Of a DNA stretch of 64,000 nucleotides, positions 39,551 through 53,395 are shown in pieces (position 1 is the first letter of the stretch; every line of letters begins with the position of its first letter). This stretch comes from Octopus sinensis (taxonomy: Eukaryota). The notes beneath the pieces were generated by a model. The model searched no databases, was not told where the DNA came from, and saw nothing but the letters and a program-made list of their open reading frames with translations. Made by a program: the position numbers and the translations under genes. The stretch spans positions 38,502,001 to 38,566,000 of the forward strand of contig NC_042998.1 of assembly GCF_006345805.1 (NCBI RefSeq), given 5' to 3'.

Positions 39551-41242
39551 TATATGCATTGTGTAATAAATATAATATACTTAAAAAACAATTCTGAAAT
39601 CAATTATTTTCATTTGATATCTCGATGAAAATTAAAAATATTCCATACAGATTAGTTCATAAAATTTTAAATCGATCGACAATTTTAAGTGAATGCGCGA
39701 GTATACTGTACAAGACACAACTCAAGGACTTATGGAAAGAGTCCTTTAATAGGCAGTGTATTGAATCCATATTGTAAACATTCAATTCTAAACATTTCAA
39801 TCGCGACTGAACTAAAAAGAGACAATTATTTACTTTTATGAATGATGCGTCTTTGAAAGCAGTAACGTTGTAAAATTATCAAAATACTGTTTTATTTTGT
39901 TTTTTGTTTTTACTCTCGTTTTGGACATGTGTAGGGACGTTTCGAAATACCAGTCTCAGATTTGCAGAATGGTGGTTACTGGAAATAGTTTTGCCTTAAC
40001 AAATGATACCGAGAGTAGAGTACGTTTTCGTGAATCAGTCATATGTTCTGATGTGATTTACCTGAAAGGAAATGAATACATGCAGCTATCCATATAAGCA
40101 GTGCCAAAGCATTAAAACGTTCATGCACTGAGCACAGTAGCACTTGTAGCACAAACAATCTTTGGATCTTATGCTTAATTGCCAATCTGGAAGTTTTCAG
40201 GTTTCCCAAGGATGCCTCATCGACGTTCAGGACATCGTCATTCCTTTTACTAAATCCCTATAGAATAAATCAGAATACGCCGACTGAATCATCAGTTGTC
40301 GGGGAAATATATACGCAAGGGTTACACACCAAATGCTGAGTTTTGTAATTTGGCTAACGCTTTTCTCTAGACTTAGAGCACAGTGAAAGGAAAGTTTGTC
40401 TCGCAAACGATGACCACAACGTTCATCATCGACAAAACTCTACCAATGGAGCTGCTTCAGTGAACGTCCACATAACGTGAACCAACTGAAACAGGATAGT
40501 CAAAACGATTGCTGAATCATACAACCAGCAGCAGATGCTAGCAGGTTATGCCTCACCAGGTTGTGTGTTGCAAGCCTCTAGTTTGTTAATGGTTAATCTT
40601 CGTTGTTCAAACCATTGGTTTGAATATTCTCGAGATACCATTCGTATATGAAAACATCAAACCCACCAGTATAAATCTGTGTATCTAATGTCTAGAGCCG
40701 AAGTTGAAGTGCTCAATGGCAAACAGGTCCAGTAAATGTTCATAAACTAACAGCTCTGACAACCGAAAGGATACCACTGTGGTGATCGAAACTCTAAAGA
40801 TATTGGTAAAATCACCTTCACTTTGAATAATTTTCATATACCGACGTTCAACATTTCAAGGGATTTAAAATGCTCTGAAATGATCGCAACCCATCCGTAG
40901 CGTACAGGAAGATGCCTGGGGTAAATCTTCCGTACGTTTGCACAGGCCACACATTTCTAACAATAAGCAGAGTAAGGTGTCTAAATGCATCTCCGTCATT
41001 ACCCCTGTGCGTCGACCCAACCGCTCACTACGTGAATATTCCTAGTTTGTTTACTATAGATGCAGACAAGTCTACCAGCCCAAAAAGATGCAAAAATGAT
41101 GAATGAATTCCACAGCACAGATCACATAAACCCCAACGGTTTGCTTGTTATGGAGTTACTTAGAACTGGCGTCATTCAAATATTTTTATAATCCATTAAC
41201 ATCACTTTCTTACGTCTTAAAATAAAACATTACAGAATGTAG

Positions 41243-41277
<35 letters not shown>

Positions 41278-41286
41278 TATAAATAA

Positions 41287-41336
<50 letters not shown>

Positions 41337-41490
41337 GTTATGAGAGGTAATGGTGTCAGTGAAACCCAAAGGTGTCAGGTAATGCTGAGTAAGTGCTATG
41401 GATAGACCATAGTTGAGTTCTAGGTTCGGGGATTATGTGAATAAAGGATCCAACGTAGGTCATATATCAGCATCTGTATATATAAAGACA

Positions 41491-41606
41491 TTTTCCGTAA
41501 TGAGATTTAAAAAAAACCCAAGGATGTGTAGATTTTAAAACATTTATAATATTTATAAATGTTCTAAAATCTATACAGCCTTGGTTTATTATCTCATTAC
41601 GGAAAA
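41491..41606. repeat. 116-bp near-perfect palindrome
   Basis: Outer 16-bp arms ttttccgtaatgagat/atctcattacggaaaa are perfect; inner 32-bp arms have 3 mismatches around a 3-nt centre. Confidence 0.9.
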
Positions 41607-41959
41607 AAATTTATCTATCTATCTGTCTGTCTGTCTGATCTATCTATAGATAGATAGATAGATAGACAAACAGACAGACAGGTAGTAGGTGTGTGTATGT
41701 GTATATATATATATATAACATCACACACCCATGCCGGCCTGTCAAATGTTGTATTGTTTATTTGTAGCCATTACGCATCGCATCGCCTCCAATACCAGAC
41801 ATAACTAGTAGCTTTCTTCCCCTTATCTCTTACAGAGAGTTTCTTCGTGTTTATGTACGTAAAATGAACAAAGCTTTGTTTCACTTTCAAAATTTTAGTT
41901 TTGCGCTCATAGCATATCGATACATTTCCTATTAATACGAGAGGAAATAAAAATAAAAT

Positions 41960-42990
41960 GTTCACACTCATGTTTCGGTAATTTGCTAAAACAAAATTAG
42001 GTATTGAACAATTCCATCATGTTCGACCATAGTCTCCTCGCTTTAAGATGCACTTCTTCCACAAGCTTTTTCATTCCATCGGAGGAAAAGATTTTCGGTT
42101 GGTCACGCAGCCATTTATGCATCACTTCCTGCGCTTCTTTGTCCGTAGCAAATTGATTACCTTGTAAAGGATGTTTGAGTGTTCCAAAGAGGTGAGAGTA
42201 CAAAAAGGAGCGAGATCTGGAGTATATGTAGAGTGTTTCTGCAAATCGAAACCCAATTTTTCAACAGTTTCAACGGTGTCGGTGTCCGTATGTGGGCTTG
42301 CATTGTTCTGCAACTATAACTCTTCCTTAGACAAAAGTCCTCGGTGTTAGGTGCCAATTTTTGGTTTCAGTTTGTTGGCCAGTATTTCCCTGTATTCTAC
42401 ACCGGTGACTGTAGACGCCTTTTCATGCGATGTTCCAGTATAGACCCCTTTGCATCTCAAAAAAAAAAAAGAGAGAAAACAGAAAAAAACGTTAGCATCA
42501 CTTCTTAAGAAGTTTGAGTCTTGAATTTCTTTTTCCCCCTCCATCCCGGGCATTTTCACTCCTTACTCTACCTTTTGGATTCTAGTCCCAAGTAATGTAT
42601 CCAGATCTGATTTCCTGTGATTTTTCTCTCCAAAATTGCTCCACCTTCAACATTCAAAGGGCCGGGTAAGCGTTGACAGATCTACACACAGTTGCTCTTA
42701 TGCGCTTTGACAAGCGCTCTTGGCACATATTTCGAACAGATTTTACGGAAGAGAAGCTTGTCTGGAATTACTAATTTGCAAAGAACATTCCAATCCATCG
42801 AAGGTCACTTGCTGATTCACCAGCACCAGTTCTCGAACTTGTTGAATCTTCAAGTCTTTGCAGAAGGTTGATGGGCGTTCTGCTCCCTTTTCATATTTGT
42901 GCGGCCATTTTTGAACTTCCCAACCCACCCAGACACTCTTCTACGCTGTAGAACTCTCTCTACATATTTCAGCCCCTGACACACCTTCAA
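41960..42990 (-). mobile_element. Degenerate mariner transposase
   Basis: ERPST...QQVRELV (N-terminal HTH region); QNNASPHT...LGFDL.KHSTYTPDLAP...HLFGTLKHPLQG.QF (decayed DNARPH/YSPDLAP motifs). Confidence 0.8.
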
Positions 42991-43582
42991 ATCAGGGAAA
43001 TTGGATGACTGAACTCCATTCTTCCTGGGCGCACATTGCCATGATTTTTCTGTAACACAAGACAGAAGACAGGGCTGATCAAGGTGAGACTGCGGTTACG
43101 TAACCAGCACAGAACTACCCTACAACACAGCTGGCGAAAGTGCGGATAATATTTTACTTTCCTTTCTAGCAAAGATACATTTTAAAAGTAAGAATAATTT
43201 TATCTTCATGGAGATGTTACATGTGAAATATTTTCAACTAAAAAATAAAATCTCATAACAACCTCAGGTGGAGACGAGCGTGTCTCTTATTCCATATTTA
43301 TCGCAATATTTACAACGAAATTACAGCAATAGACATTTTGCATATTGCAGCCTTCTGATTATATAATTGCAATATGACGTCGGTTATATTGTAACAATAT
43401 ATGGGAAGATGATTAAATAAACATTGGTTCTTTCTACAGAAAGACTTACTCATCCACGACGAGGATAAATTTACGAGAAACGTTCCGAAAGTGTTGAGCC
43501 CAAAAGACTTAGTTACATGATGGCAGGAAAGAAAACTATTATTTTAATTATTCTATAACCCACCTACTTACCTTCCTATACT

Positions 43583-43659
<77 letters not shown>

Positions 43660-44154
43660 CATACACATGTACGTTTATATATATATATATATACATATAT
43701 ATGTTTCATGTGAAATGAAACGAATATGTTCTCGGTAGCAAATGCGTTTAAAACCTCATTTAACACATTACCATTATTACGAATAATGGAACCTGATAGT
43801 CATAGGAAGAATACATCTTAATTGGCGTAGGTATGATATTTTAAGAATTTTATACTACGGCAGAAACCTAATGTAAATTACGCCTTTAGCTCACTCATCC
43901 TCGATTAACACTCTTTTACTCGATACATAGGTATATCGGTTGCTCCTTCTGCGTAACTCGATGCTCGGTTAAAAGAAAACTGACGAGAAGCCATCAATTC
44001 GATGCTCCCATCGAGATCTCGAGTTTTTGAGTTTTTATTCCAGAATACGAAAGCTTTTTCTTTTAACACGTTGAGCAGTTTTAATTTTCATGCTGTGCTG
44101 CTACACAGGTGTGTATATATATACGTATAAGTTACAAGATTCATTAGAATCTAG

Positions 44155-44185
<31 letters not shown>

Positions 44186-45929
44186 ACACACACACACACA
44201 CATATGGATTATGTGTTTGTGTGTGCATGTATGCATATGTTTGTCTGCGAATGCATATAGGAGTAGATGCGAAAAGTAATGATCAATACAACTTCATTTG
44301 TATATGTATAACAGCGTGATTCCAAGCAACATTGCGTTTGTTAAATATGCTGCCAAGTTCAGCGGGTAGATTTATGTCTAAATGCATGAAGAATATGTGC
44401 AGAATGTATGCTAAGAATTAATCAATATATTATAAGTAATCAATATCTGCACTGACGCATCTTTTACATATTATATTTCAATGTTTTACTATTTCTTTAT
44501 TCATTCATTGGGATATTAGAATAAAATTCAATTTGTCTGACCAAATGGATGAGGATGTCGACCGTGAAAACTCGTTAAGTTTGTTTTTCTTTATTATGAA
44601 GTATATGTTTTCTGTTTACGAAGTTGGCCTTTTGTATTATATAAATATTTTTCTCAACAAAATTATCTCTGATCACTTTATTGCAATGAGCAATATTCTT
44701 TTGTTTATGGTTCTGCAATGACGTCAACGAGATTACATCTGGTCGCAACCGTCAATAAAACTATAAGCGTTGTTGCTTAACTAGACACCATTTACTTCGT
44801 TTTCCTCTTGATTCTTTTATTCCACTTCATTTCCCTTTTAATTGAATTTAAACAAAACAAATAAGACCTTCTAACCTATTGCCATATTGATGTTTCTATG
44901 ATGAACAAGTTCCAAGATTCGAAAATAGGTGAATAAGAGAAGGCTGGAACGATTAAAACACTATATTTTCATTATGTTTTAAATTTAAGACCTTAAAATT
45001 CCTAGTTTTAAAGTGAAGATTATATTTACCATCGTATATTAGTATTCCTCATATTAGAACCCTGATAACAAATTGTGGAGGAAAATTTGAATCGTTTACA
45101 TTCAAAATAATTTTTTTCTTTTCCTCTGCAATTTGTAGTTCTAAACTTTAGAATTACATTAATAGATCACTTATTACGATTCCTCGAACCGCGCTGGAAA
45201 AACACGTAAAACATGAACAGTATTTCAAATTAAACTCTAAAGAATTAGTACTAAATTTTATGGTCTTTTTTCTAAACAGACGTATATTCTAATCTGTACT
45301 AGAATATACGTTTGTATTCTCTAGAAAATTTAAAAACATATTTATCTAGAATATAGAAATGTATATTCTAGATTACTTCAATTATAATATGAAATTAGAA
45401 GTTTTGTCAAAATCTGTTTTCATATTTTCAACTTAATTTATCGCATTATTTTGACGACAGTTCGTTTTTGTGTTTCTTTTGATGAAATCCATCAACACTG
45501 AGAGCAAAGGCTTGTCATATCCTGCACCTAATGGAAAATGAATTTTTCAGGTTTATTGATCAGAATATTTACAGAATCTCTGATGGATTTTCAAAAGCAG
45601 TGAATGAAGCATGAAGTAACAAACGAACAAAAATAACATAACAAGCAATGTTCAATAATTCATTGAAGACGCATCTTTTCACCCGCCAAAAACAAAATCA
45701 GCAACAACAATTGCTACATTTATTAAAGGTATCTGAGACCGAAACTTCCACTGCTTCATCTGGGTGCTACAACCAAGGATCCAGAAAGAAACAAAAACAT
45801 TTGCAATAACTATAATACTATCTTTCCGTAAAAGAAAACTATCCATTGTAAAATCGTGGACGTAGCAAATAAGAGAAAATGCACATTTATCATTATTATA
45901 ATTATTATCATTATTATTTTTGGTTTGGC

Positions 45930-46960
45930 TCAGGTTCCTGGTAGGAATTACGTGGATAGCGGGTTACTACCTGTAGCCGTTTGTATTCACAAGTTTTCAG
46001 CAGTCTTTCAAGTGTTTAGAACCTGATAATCCTTGATGTCTTTAAGAGACAAACTTTTTGTAAGAGTTCCACCAGGCATTCTACTTCAATCTCCTTCAAC
46101 CATTTGCCTATATCTTGGCTTACTGTTCTCAGCGCACCAATTATTATAGGCACAACTTTTACTGTTCGCATGCTCCAAATTCGTCTCATCTCAAATTTTA
46201 AGGGATTGTAATTTTTTTTTGTTTTGCTTCCTTTACGATCCTGGAATCAAATGGGCATGATGGGTCGATAATTAAGCAATTTCGCTTTTCCCTATCTATA
46301 ACCGTTATGTCTGGTCTATTGTTTTCTAACTTCTTGTCCGTTTGAATAGGAAAGTCCCACAAAATCTTACATTTCTCTGATTCCAGTACCCTTTCGATTC
46401 GATGATTGTACCATATGTTTCCAACTTCAAATCCCTATTTCTGGCACAGTTTTCAGTGTAAAACGTCTACAGTCTAGTCGTGTCTCCATTTCTTATATTC
46501 TTCATGTACGAACTTGGGGCATTCTACCACAATGTGTGCCACTGTGTCGTTCCAAGTTCCACAGGTTCTACATTTTTCTGACACATTCTCTCCATATATA
46601 TCTTTCCTTAAGTTGTTTTTTTTTTCATCGCTTCATCTTGGGCTGCTACAATTAGGCTCTCTGTTTCTTTTTCAATTGCCCCTTTTTTTCAACTAAACCC
46701 AGGATTTTGTTCTACACACATCCTCAGTGACTCTCCAAAATTGGCCATGTAAAGGTTTCTCTTCAATCTGTCTGAAGTACTCTCTTTGATTTTCATTCTT
46801 GTCCTGTTTTCCTATTACGCACTTCATCTTTATTTTGGTAGTTTTTCTGTACTGCTCTGTAAATACTCTACTTGGCCTTTTCTTTCCATCTATATACATT
46901 CTTCTGCTATTAAGCCTCTTCTGCCCTAGTTTCTCCCTTTCAAGGTTCATTTTGGAAGAG
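45930..46960 (-). mobile_element. Second R4/NeSL-like RLE element fragment
   Basis: EKPLHGQFWR, KILWDFPIQTDKKLENNRPDITVIDREKRNCLIIDP; degenerate. Confidence 0.8.
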
Positions 46961-47164
46961 CAGACAGCAATTAGTTGTCAAAGATCTCACAGGGCCTCTT
47001 ACTACCATGCTGAACATCTAACCACCAATCCCAAAATACTCTCTATCCCCGATAAAGTATTCTCTTCTAAGGATGTTTTCCCTCATCTCAGTTCCAATTT
47101 CCCCATCATATTTTTCAGTTCAAACTTGGTTGTTAGTGCTCTCAGTGTTCCTAAAACAACTCAG

Positions 47165-47209
<45 letters not shown>

Positions 47210-47384
47210 GAGTGAGAGAGCAGTTCATGCCATCAAAGTGACACTGGAATAAAGTATACGAAGCCCAGTATACCCATCATGACTACCCGTAATAGTTTTC
47301 TAGCTGTACAAAGCCTGCGATACCTTGTATATATAATCTTTCTATGTCAGATTTTGGGTGGTGCATATTAAATTTTTCTTTTTT

Positions 47385-47942
47385 CCTGTCTATTTTGATA
47401 GTTCATTTAGAGTCCAGTTAAGGATATTGTAGCTGTAACTTATTATAACTGGGACGGCTAGAGTGCTGATGCCTATTATCTTGTTGTTCGCATTGTGCTC
47501 TGTTTTCTGTATTAATCTAACTCGTCTATAGTCTTTCTTTTTTACCTTCTCTTTCACTTGTGTGTGTCGTATCGTATCTAGGTCATTGATTCCTAAGTAT
47601 TTGTGTATCTGGTTTTGGTCGAATTCTCTTATTTCATTTGCTTTATCTAGTGTGATATTGTTATTCTTAACCAGTTTTCCTTTTCCCAGGATGCTTTGGC
47701 ACATTTTTCTAAGCCAAATTTCATGTTTATTTCTTTGGTAAATCCATGTATTGTCTGTGGTAATGTTTCCAGCTGTTTGTCATTTGTAGCATGCAATGAG
47801 TACCTCTTTTGTCTGGAGATGCAGCACCATCTGCCATTTATTCATGGAATGCTTTATATATTTTATGATTATTGGTGCTACCTTGTTCATGGCTAGTGTT
47901 TCTTGAATCCTTGTGTGGGAAATACTATCAAAAGCCTTTCAA
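47385..47942 (-). mobile_element. RLE-clade reverse transcriptase fragment
   Basis: KAFDSISH, HKYLGI, RRVRLI..TEHNANNKIIGISTLAVPVI.YSYNILNW. Confidence 0.8.
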
Positions 47943-47984
47943 ATTATTATTATTACTATTATTATTATTATTATATTTCAAATT

Positions 47985-48335
47985 CCGCTGAGGTCTACTT
48001 TGTCTTCCATGCTTTAGCGGTCGATTAAATAAGTAATAGCGAAACACAGTAGTCGATGTAATCGACTAGTTCCATTCCGCCAAATTTCAGGCCTTGTGCC
48101 TATAAAAGAAAGGGTTATTATTATTATTATTATTATTATTAAGGCGGTGAGCTGGCAGAGTCGTTAGCGCGCCGCACAAAATACTTGGCTGCATTTCGTC
48201 CGTTTTTACTTTCTGAGTTCAAATTCTCCCGAGTTCAACTTCGCCTTTCATTGTTTTGGAATCGATAAAATCAGTAATCAATGTAATCGATTGCCTCCTC
48301 CCCTAATCTACTGGCATTGTGCCAAAAGTTGAAAC
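47985..48335 (+). mobile_element. Two SINE family B copies separated by (ATT)n
   Basis: aggcggtgagctggcagagtcgttagc...ctgagttcaaattc. Confidence 0.8.
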
Positions 48336-48885
48336 GTGTGTATGTGTGTTTATGCATCTGTGTAAATATGTATAAGTGTATGTATATAATATGTATACGT
48401 CGGTATAAGCGTTATATTTATGCACACGCATACACACATGTATGAATGTATGTGTAATTGTGTGTGTGTGTGTGTGTGCGCGTGTGTGTGTGCATACATT
48501 GTATTTAGAAGAAGCACACCCCAATCCCCAGTTAAAAATAGTAGCAGAGAACATAACGTTACTCTTCCGTCTTTTCACTCTCTCCACCGCAACAGACATA
48601 AACCGTTATTGATTTTGTGCAGATACGGATTGTCTCTTTCTATATGGGTCCGGTGGCCACTGATTTCTCGAGAATTCTACTCGATTTCGAAGGCGTTTGA
48701 TACAATGGTGGGTTGATATTGTTCATGTATGAAGTCGGGGAGACCAGTAGGGAAATGAGTCTTGATCATTAGTCAGATTTTTTCATTTAAATCTGCCGAA
48801 ATCTCTTACTCCCTTTAGCCATGTTCTTCCCCATCAACAACAGTGATTCCGATATAACACAACTGAGGATGCTCTCTGTTAAGTA

Positions 48886-50069
48886 CCGTAAACCCTCGAG
48901 TATAATCCGCATTTTCCCCCAAAATTTAAAGGTCAAAATCCCTAGTGCGTACTATATACGAGGTTAAGAATGAAAAATATTTTCTAAGCAATGTCCGAGT
49001 CTCTATTTGCTGTTCGACAATGTTTATTCCGACGCATTTTGTGATGTCGGGCAGAAAAATACCTTAAGCTAAGCTTGAAAGCAATGAAGTCATAAAAGAA
49101 TCATCCATAACTTGCAGTAAGCAATATTTATTAAAATAAAAGTATTCAGAACACAGAATAACATATAACTAAAACAATTTGCAAACATATTTACATTCCC
49201 ATATAACAGTTAAGAACATCACCATTATTGTATTGAGCATGCGCGGAAGTGTTTGTTCGGCTAGGTGTGGCTGGCTTAATTACGCACGAATTGTGCTTAA
49301 TTGTTTAGCGCTAAATAGTTCATCCTGCGTTTGTATTGCAGTTTGCATCATTACCGTGGCAAACAATAGATAATTAATTAAATACCAGTATTAAATGTTT
49401 GAATTACTGTGGGTCTTTACTAGGGTTTTTTATAAGCGGGTCTTAAGCCTGTACATTGATCTCCAATAAAGCATTTTATACATTACATACCCATAAAATG
49501 ACTCGTAGATCTTATTCACCTATGTTTAAACTTGAAGTTATATCATATGCTGAAGAGCATGGTAATAGGGCCGCCGGAAGAAAATTTGATGTTGACGAAA
49601 GCAATGTCAGGTTATGGAGAAATAAAGATGAAATTAAACAGATGCCAAAGATAAAGAAGGCAAGAAGGTGTGGGGGGGGGGGAGCCACATTTAGGAGGAA
49701 CAAATGGAACAGTTATTTCATGTTGAATTTGAAGGATTTGAATAAATGTTTTTGCTTTTGCAACTGATAGTGATAAATATGTAAAGGCAATTTACTTAAT
49801 ATTTATTTTTCACAGATGTTATTTCTTCTTTATTTTCTGCAAACAAAATGCACACAAAAGCTACACGTTTGCATTGTTATATATACAATAATAATAAAGG
49901 ACGTTACCATATACATTTTTACAAACCAAGGACGTTATATAGACCTCCTTGACTCAAGTTAGAGAAAGGGTGCGTATTATACACAAGGTTCAGGTTTTTC
50001 AGAGGTACAGCCCCCTAAAAATCCCCTGCGTATTATACTCAAGGGTGGACTAAACTCGAGGATTTACGG
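48886..50069 (+). mobile_element. Pogo/Tigger-like non-autonomous DNA transposon retaining the N-terminal Brinker-type DNA-binding domain
   Basis: TIRs ccgtaaaccctcgagt / actcgaggatttacgg with TA on both flanks; internal reading frame from 49498 MTRRSYSPMFKLEVISYAEEHGNRAAGRKFDVDESNVRLWR. Confidence 0.85.
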
Positions 50070-50388
50070 TACCTGATGAAATTTTATGGAGCGCAAATAT
50101 AGTCTAAGACACACACTAGCACATACCGTAAACCTAGGTGCACAAGAATTATATGCATTTTTGTTATCTTGGCAGAATTTGAATTAAAACCGGATATTCA
50201 ACAGAAATTACTGTTCTAGCTTCTTACGATATCAGCGAAAGACACTACACAAGCTATCAAATACGTCAAAATATATGACATATGATATAAGAAAGATTCC
50301 TTTCCCTACATTCTGAAGATACTTCCACCAAAGTTATATTTCCTCACAAATCATCAGGTCTATTCGTGGAGTGGAGAGGAAGCAAGCA

Positions 50389-50446
<58 letters not shown>

Positions 50447-50499
50447 GAACCATTCTCTAGCAAAATAATTTTATAATGTGAATTAGCTGTAAATTATCA

Positions 50500-50535
<36 letters not shown>

Positions 50536-50554
50536 TATTATTATTATTATTAGC

Positions 50555-50945
50555 AGAACTGATGGTGTGTCGGATGAACTGCTTAGCGGCAGTTCGTTTT
50601 TATATTCTGAATTCAAATGTTACCGAGGTTGACCTTACCTTTTATCCTTTCGGGGTGAAATAAATAGGCATCAGTGAGCACCTCACTGGATCGAAGTAAT
50701 CGATTACCGACCTGTCCCAAAACATCAGGCCTTGTACCCTGTATAACAAAGTGTTATTGTCATTATTATTAATGACAAAATCGTCAGCAGCATTTCTTCT
50801 GACTCTACATTTTAAGCTTAAAACCCACCGATGTCGCCATTGCTTTTTCTCCAAGCGGGGTCGAGAAAATACAACATTTGTAAAGTACTAGGGCTGATGT
50901 AGTCGACTATCTTTCTCCCTAAAATTTGCTTCGCCTTTTGTCAGA
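50555..50945 (+). mobile_element. Two diverged SINE family B copies
   Basis: ctgaattcaaatgttaccgaggttgacc...cctttcggggt; ggggtcgag...gatgtagtcgact. Confidence 0.65.
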
Positions 50946-51796
50946 ATTTTAAACAATTGTTGATATTGTTGTTCTTGTTAGTTTTTCTTTGAATTCTGTA
51001 TCCACTTTTTGCCGACACCAAGGGCAAAGAAACTCGCTGCACACATTGATAGGCCATTAAACTAAACACGCTAGGGTTGCCCATTTTCAAAATAAAATGA
51101 AGTTAGGCGAAAAAATAAATACACGGGTGGTAATCGTTCTTACAGCGACAATGCTCTTCTCAATACGTTCTCGCAGGACCGTCGCTAAGCCCCTGCGGTC
51201 GCAAGGGGCCTCCGCAGTTGAGGGGCCCCGTGTTAAGATCAAACTACATAGATGAGCCATCTATTTACTTTGGTTAAGGTGTTAACTGAAAATTTCAAGT
51301 CAGACAAGGACAAAAAAAAAGGCGAGTGTGTGCTGTAAATAAATTTAAAAGAAGAAAAAAAAGACGAGCGTGTGGTGTAAATAAATTTAAAAGCTTTCCA
51401 CCAAATTCCCTGGGGAGATGAAAGAAAAACGAAAGAAATCCAAAACAATGAAAATAAGAACAACTTCAAGAGAAAAGACAAAAGAAGCAATGGTGATGAA
51501 AGGTGGTGGGTTGTATACTTATACATACATGCAAACATACACGCACAGCCATACGTACACACATTCATACATACATCCACGCACATATATACGTCTGGCT
51601 TTTGTCTGTTTCGGTCTACCAAGTCCATTCACAAGGCTTTGGTCAGCTCAGAGAGAGAGAGAGAGCTAGCTAGCTAGCTAGTCGTGTACCAAACACACAC
51701 ACACGTCTCTTAGTTTCTCTGTCTCTCCCTCTTTCTCTTTCTGTCTCTCCGTATATATATATAAATATATATATATTATATATATTTATATATATT

Positions 51797-51841
<45 letters not shown>

Positions 51842-51842
51842 T

Positions 51843-51915
<73 letters not shown>

Positions 51916-52434
51916 ATGTACACGCACGCACACACACGCACATGCATACACGCGCAAAAAACGCACCTATATCCGCTACACAACCCCTCGTTCACACACA
52001 TGCACACACACTGCAAACAAAACTCACACGCATTACATATACATACACGCACACACACATACTTCAAACTACCAGTACCTTCTACTGACCATTCTACGCG
52101 CATGTGTAGGTAGACACACGACAGGCAGCCACTCCTACCAAAATTCTTGCTATAAATTCTTCCTATGACCTTAAACGATACTAAGCCCAACCACACACAT
52201 AAACAGCAACAACCATTCACACACACACACAAACACACACACAGACCTGCGCGCACGCTCATACCCCCTCCCCACATCCTTCTCTTGCACTCTCCTGACT
52301 TTGAAAGAACTTTTTCTTCATCCATTCCCTTCCGGCCATTTTCTTTCTCCGTCTTCCCTTTGGAATTTTCTTTCCTTTCCTGAGCGTCCAATAACACTGC
52401 ACTTTCCACGTTTTTTTCTTGCTTGTTCATGTTT

Positions 52435-52742
52435 GGATTATTCTATTTTATTTATGCGCCCTTTTCAAGCCTAGCCAGGCTCATGGTCCCAGTTTCCCGG
52501 TTTCTGTGGCGTATGTGCTTCCCCCAGCTGGACGGGATGCCAGTCCATCGCAGCGTTACCCAAGAAACAGGAAGGGAGAGTGAGAGAAAGTTGGGGCGAA
52601 AGAGTACAACAGGGGTCGCCAACCCCCATGCCGGAGCCTCGTGGAGCTTTAGGTGTTCACGCTCAATAAACACATACAACGAAATCGTGATCCTCCGACC
52701 GCGAGTCCGCTGCCCTAACCACTGGGCCATTGCGCCTCCACT
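52435..52742 (-). mobile_element. SINE family C
   Basis: Shares gtaacgctgcgatggactggc...catacgcca.agaaaccggg...gagcctggctaggctt.aaaagggcgcat with 5018-5265. Confidence 0.75.
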
Positions 52743-53089
52743 CATGTTTAGATTAACTATATATATATATATATTTGTCGTTGTTGAAAAGCTGGTCACT
52801 TTGTACCCAGAACAGTGGCCTTTGACCTCCTAAGGCAATAAAGACTGGAGACATGATTCTTTCTGTACCAAAAAAAACAAAACAAAACAAAAAAGAACTA
52901 AGTGTGCGCTGTGCGCGCACACACACACACAGAAGTGTATGTGAGCTAATGAGGAAGCAAATCGGTTTGGAAGCCAACGATAGCGTAAACAAATTCTGTA
53001 CTATAAGGAAAAATGAGGTCACATTTTATCTGTAATACAAGATACAGTGAAAATAGGCAACGATGGGGCACTGCCTTGAAAAATTTTGT

Positions 53090-53395
53090 ATCGGGCTCTT
53101 TCGCCGAACCGCAGTGTTACTCGGACGTAAACAAACCAAAACTTGCTGTCAAGCAGTGGTAAGGTCGGAATACAAACATAAATACATACACTCTCTCTCA
53201 CTCTCTCACACACACACATACATACACATATGTATATACAACGCTACGACGAGATTCTTTCAGTTTCCGTCTACCAAATCCACTCGCAAGGCTTTGATTG
53301 TCTCGAAGCCATGGTAGAGACACTTGCTCAAGGTGCCACAGAGTGGGACTGAACCCAGAACTATGTGGTCGGAAAACAAACTACTTACCACACAC
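53090..53395 (-). mobile_element. SINE family A
   Basis: ttctttcagtttccgtctaccaaatccactc...gggactgaaccc. Confidence 0.8.

Noticed and set aside
40763-40800. Plus-strand hammerhead-like relic CCGAAAG-GATACC-actgt-GGTGATC-GAAAC
   Set aside because: Core, cleavage triplet and stem I are not conserved.
43567-43590. Minus-strand donor after YRK (could supply the ..RK before VIKTL)
   Set aside because: Upstream sequence is a (GA)n microsatellite with no TM5 coding sequence or acceptor.
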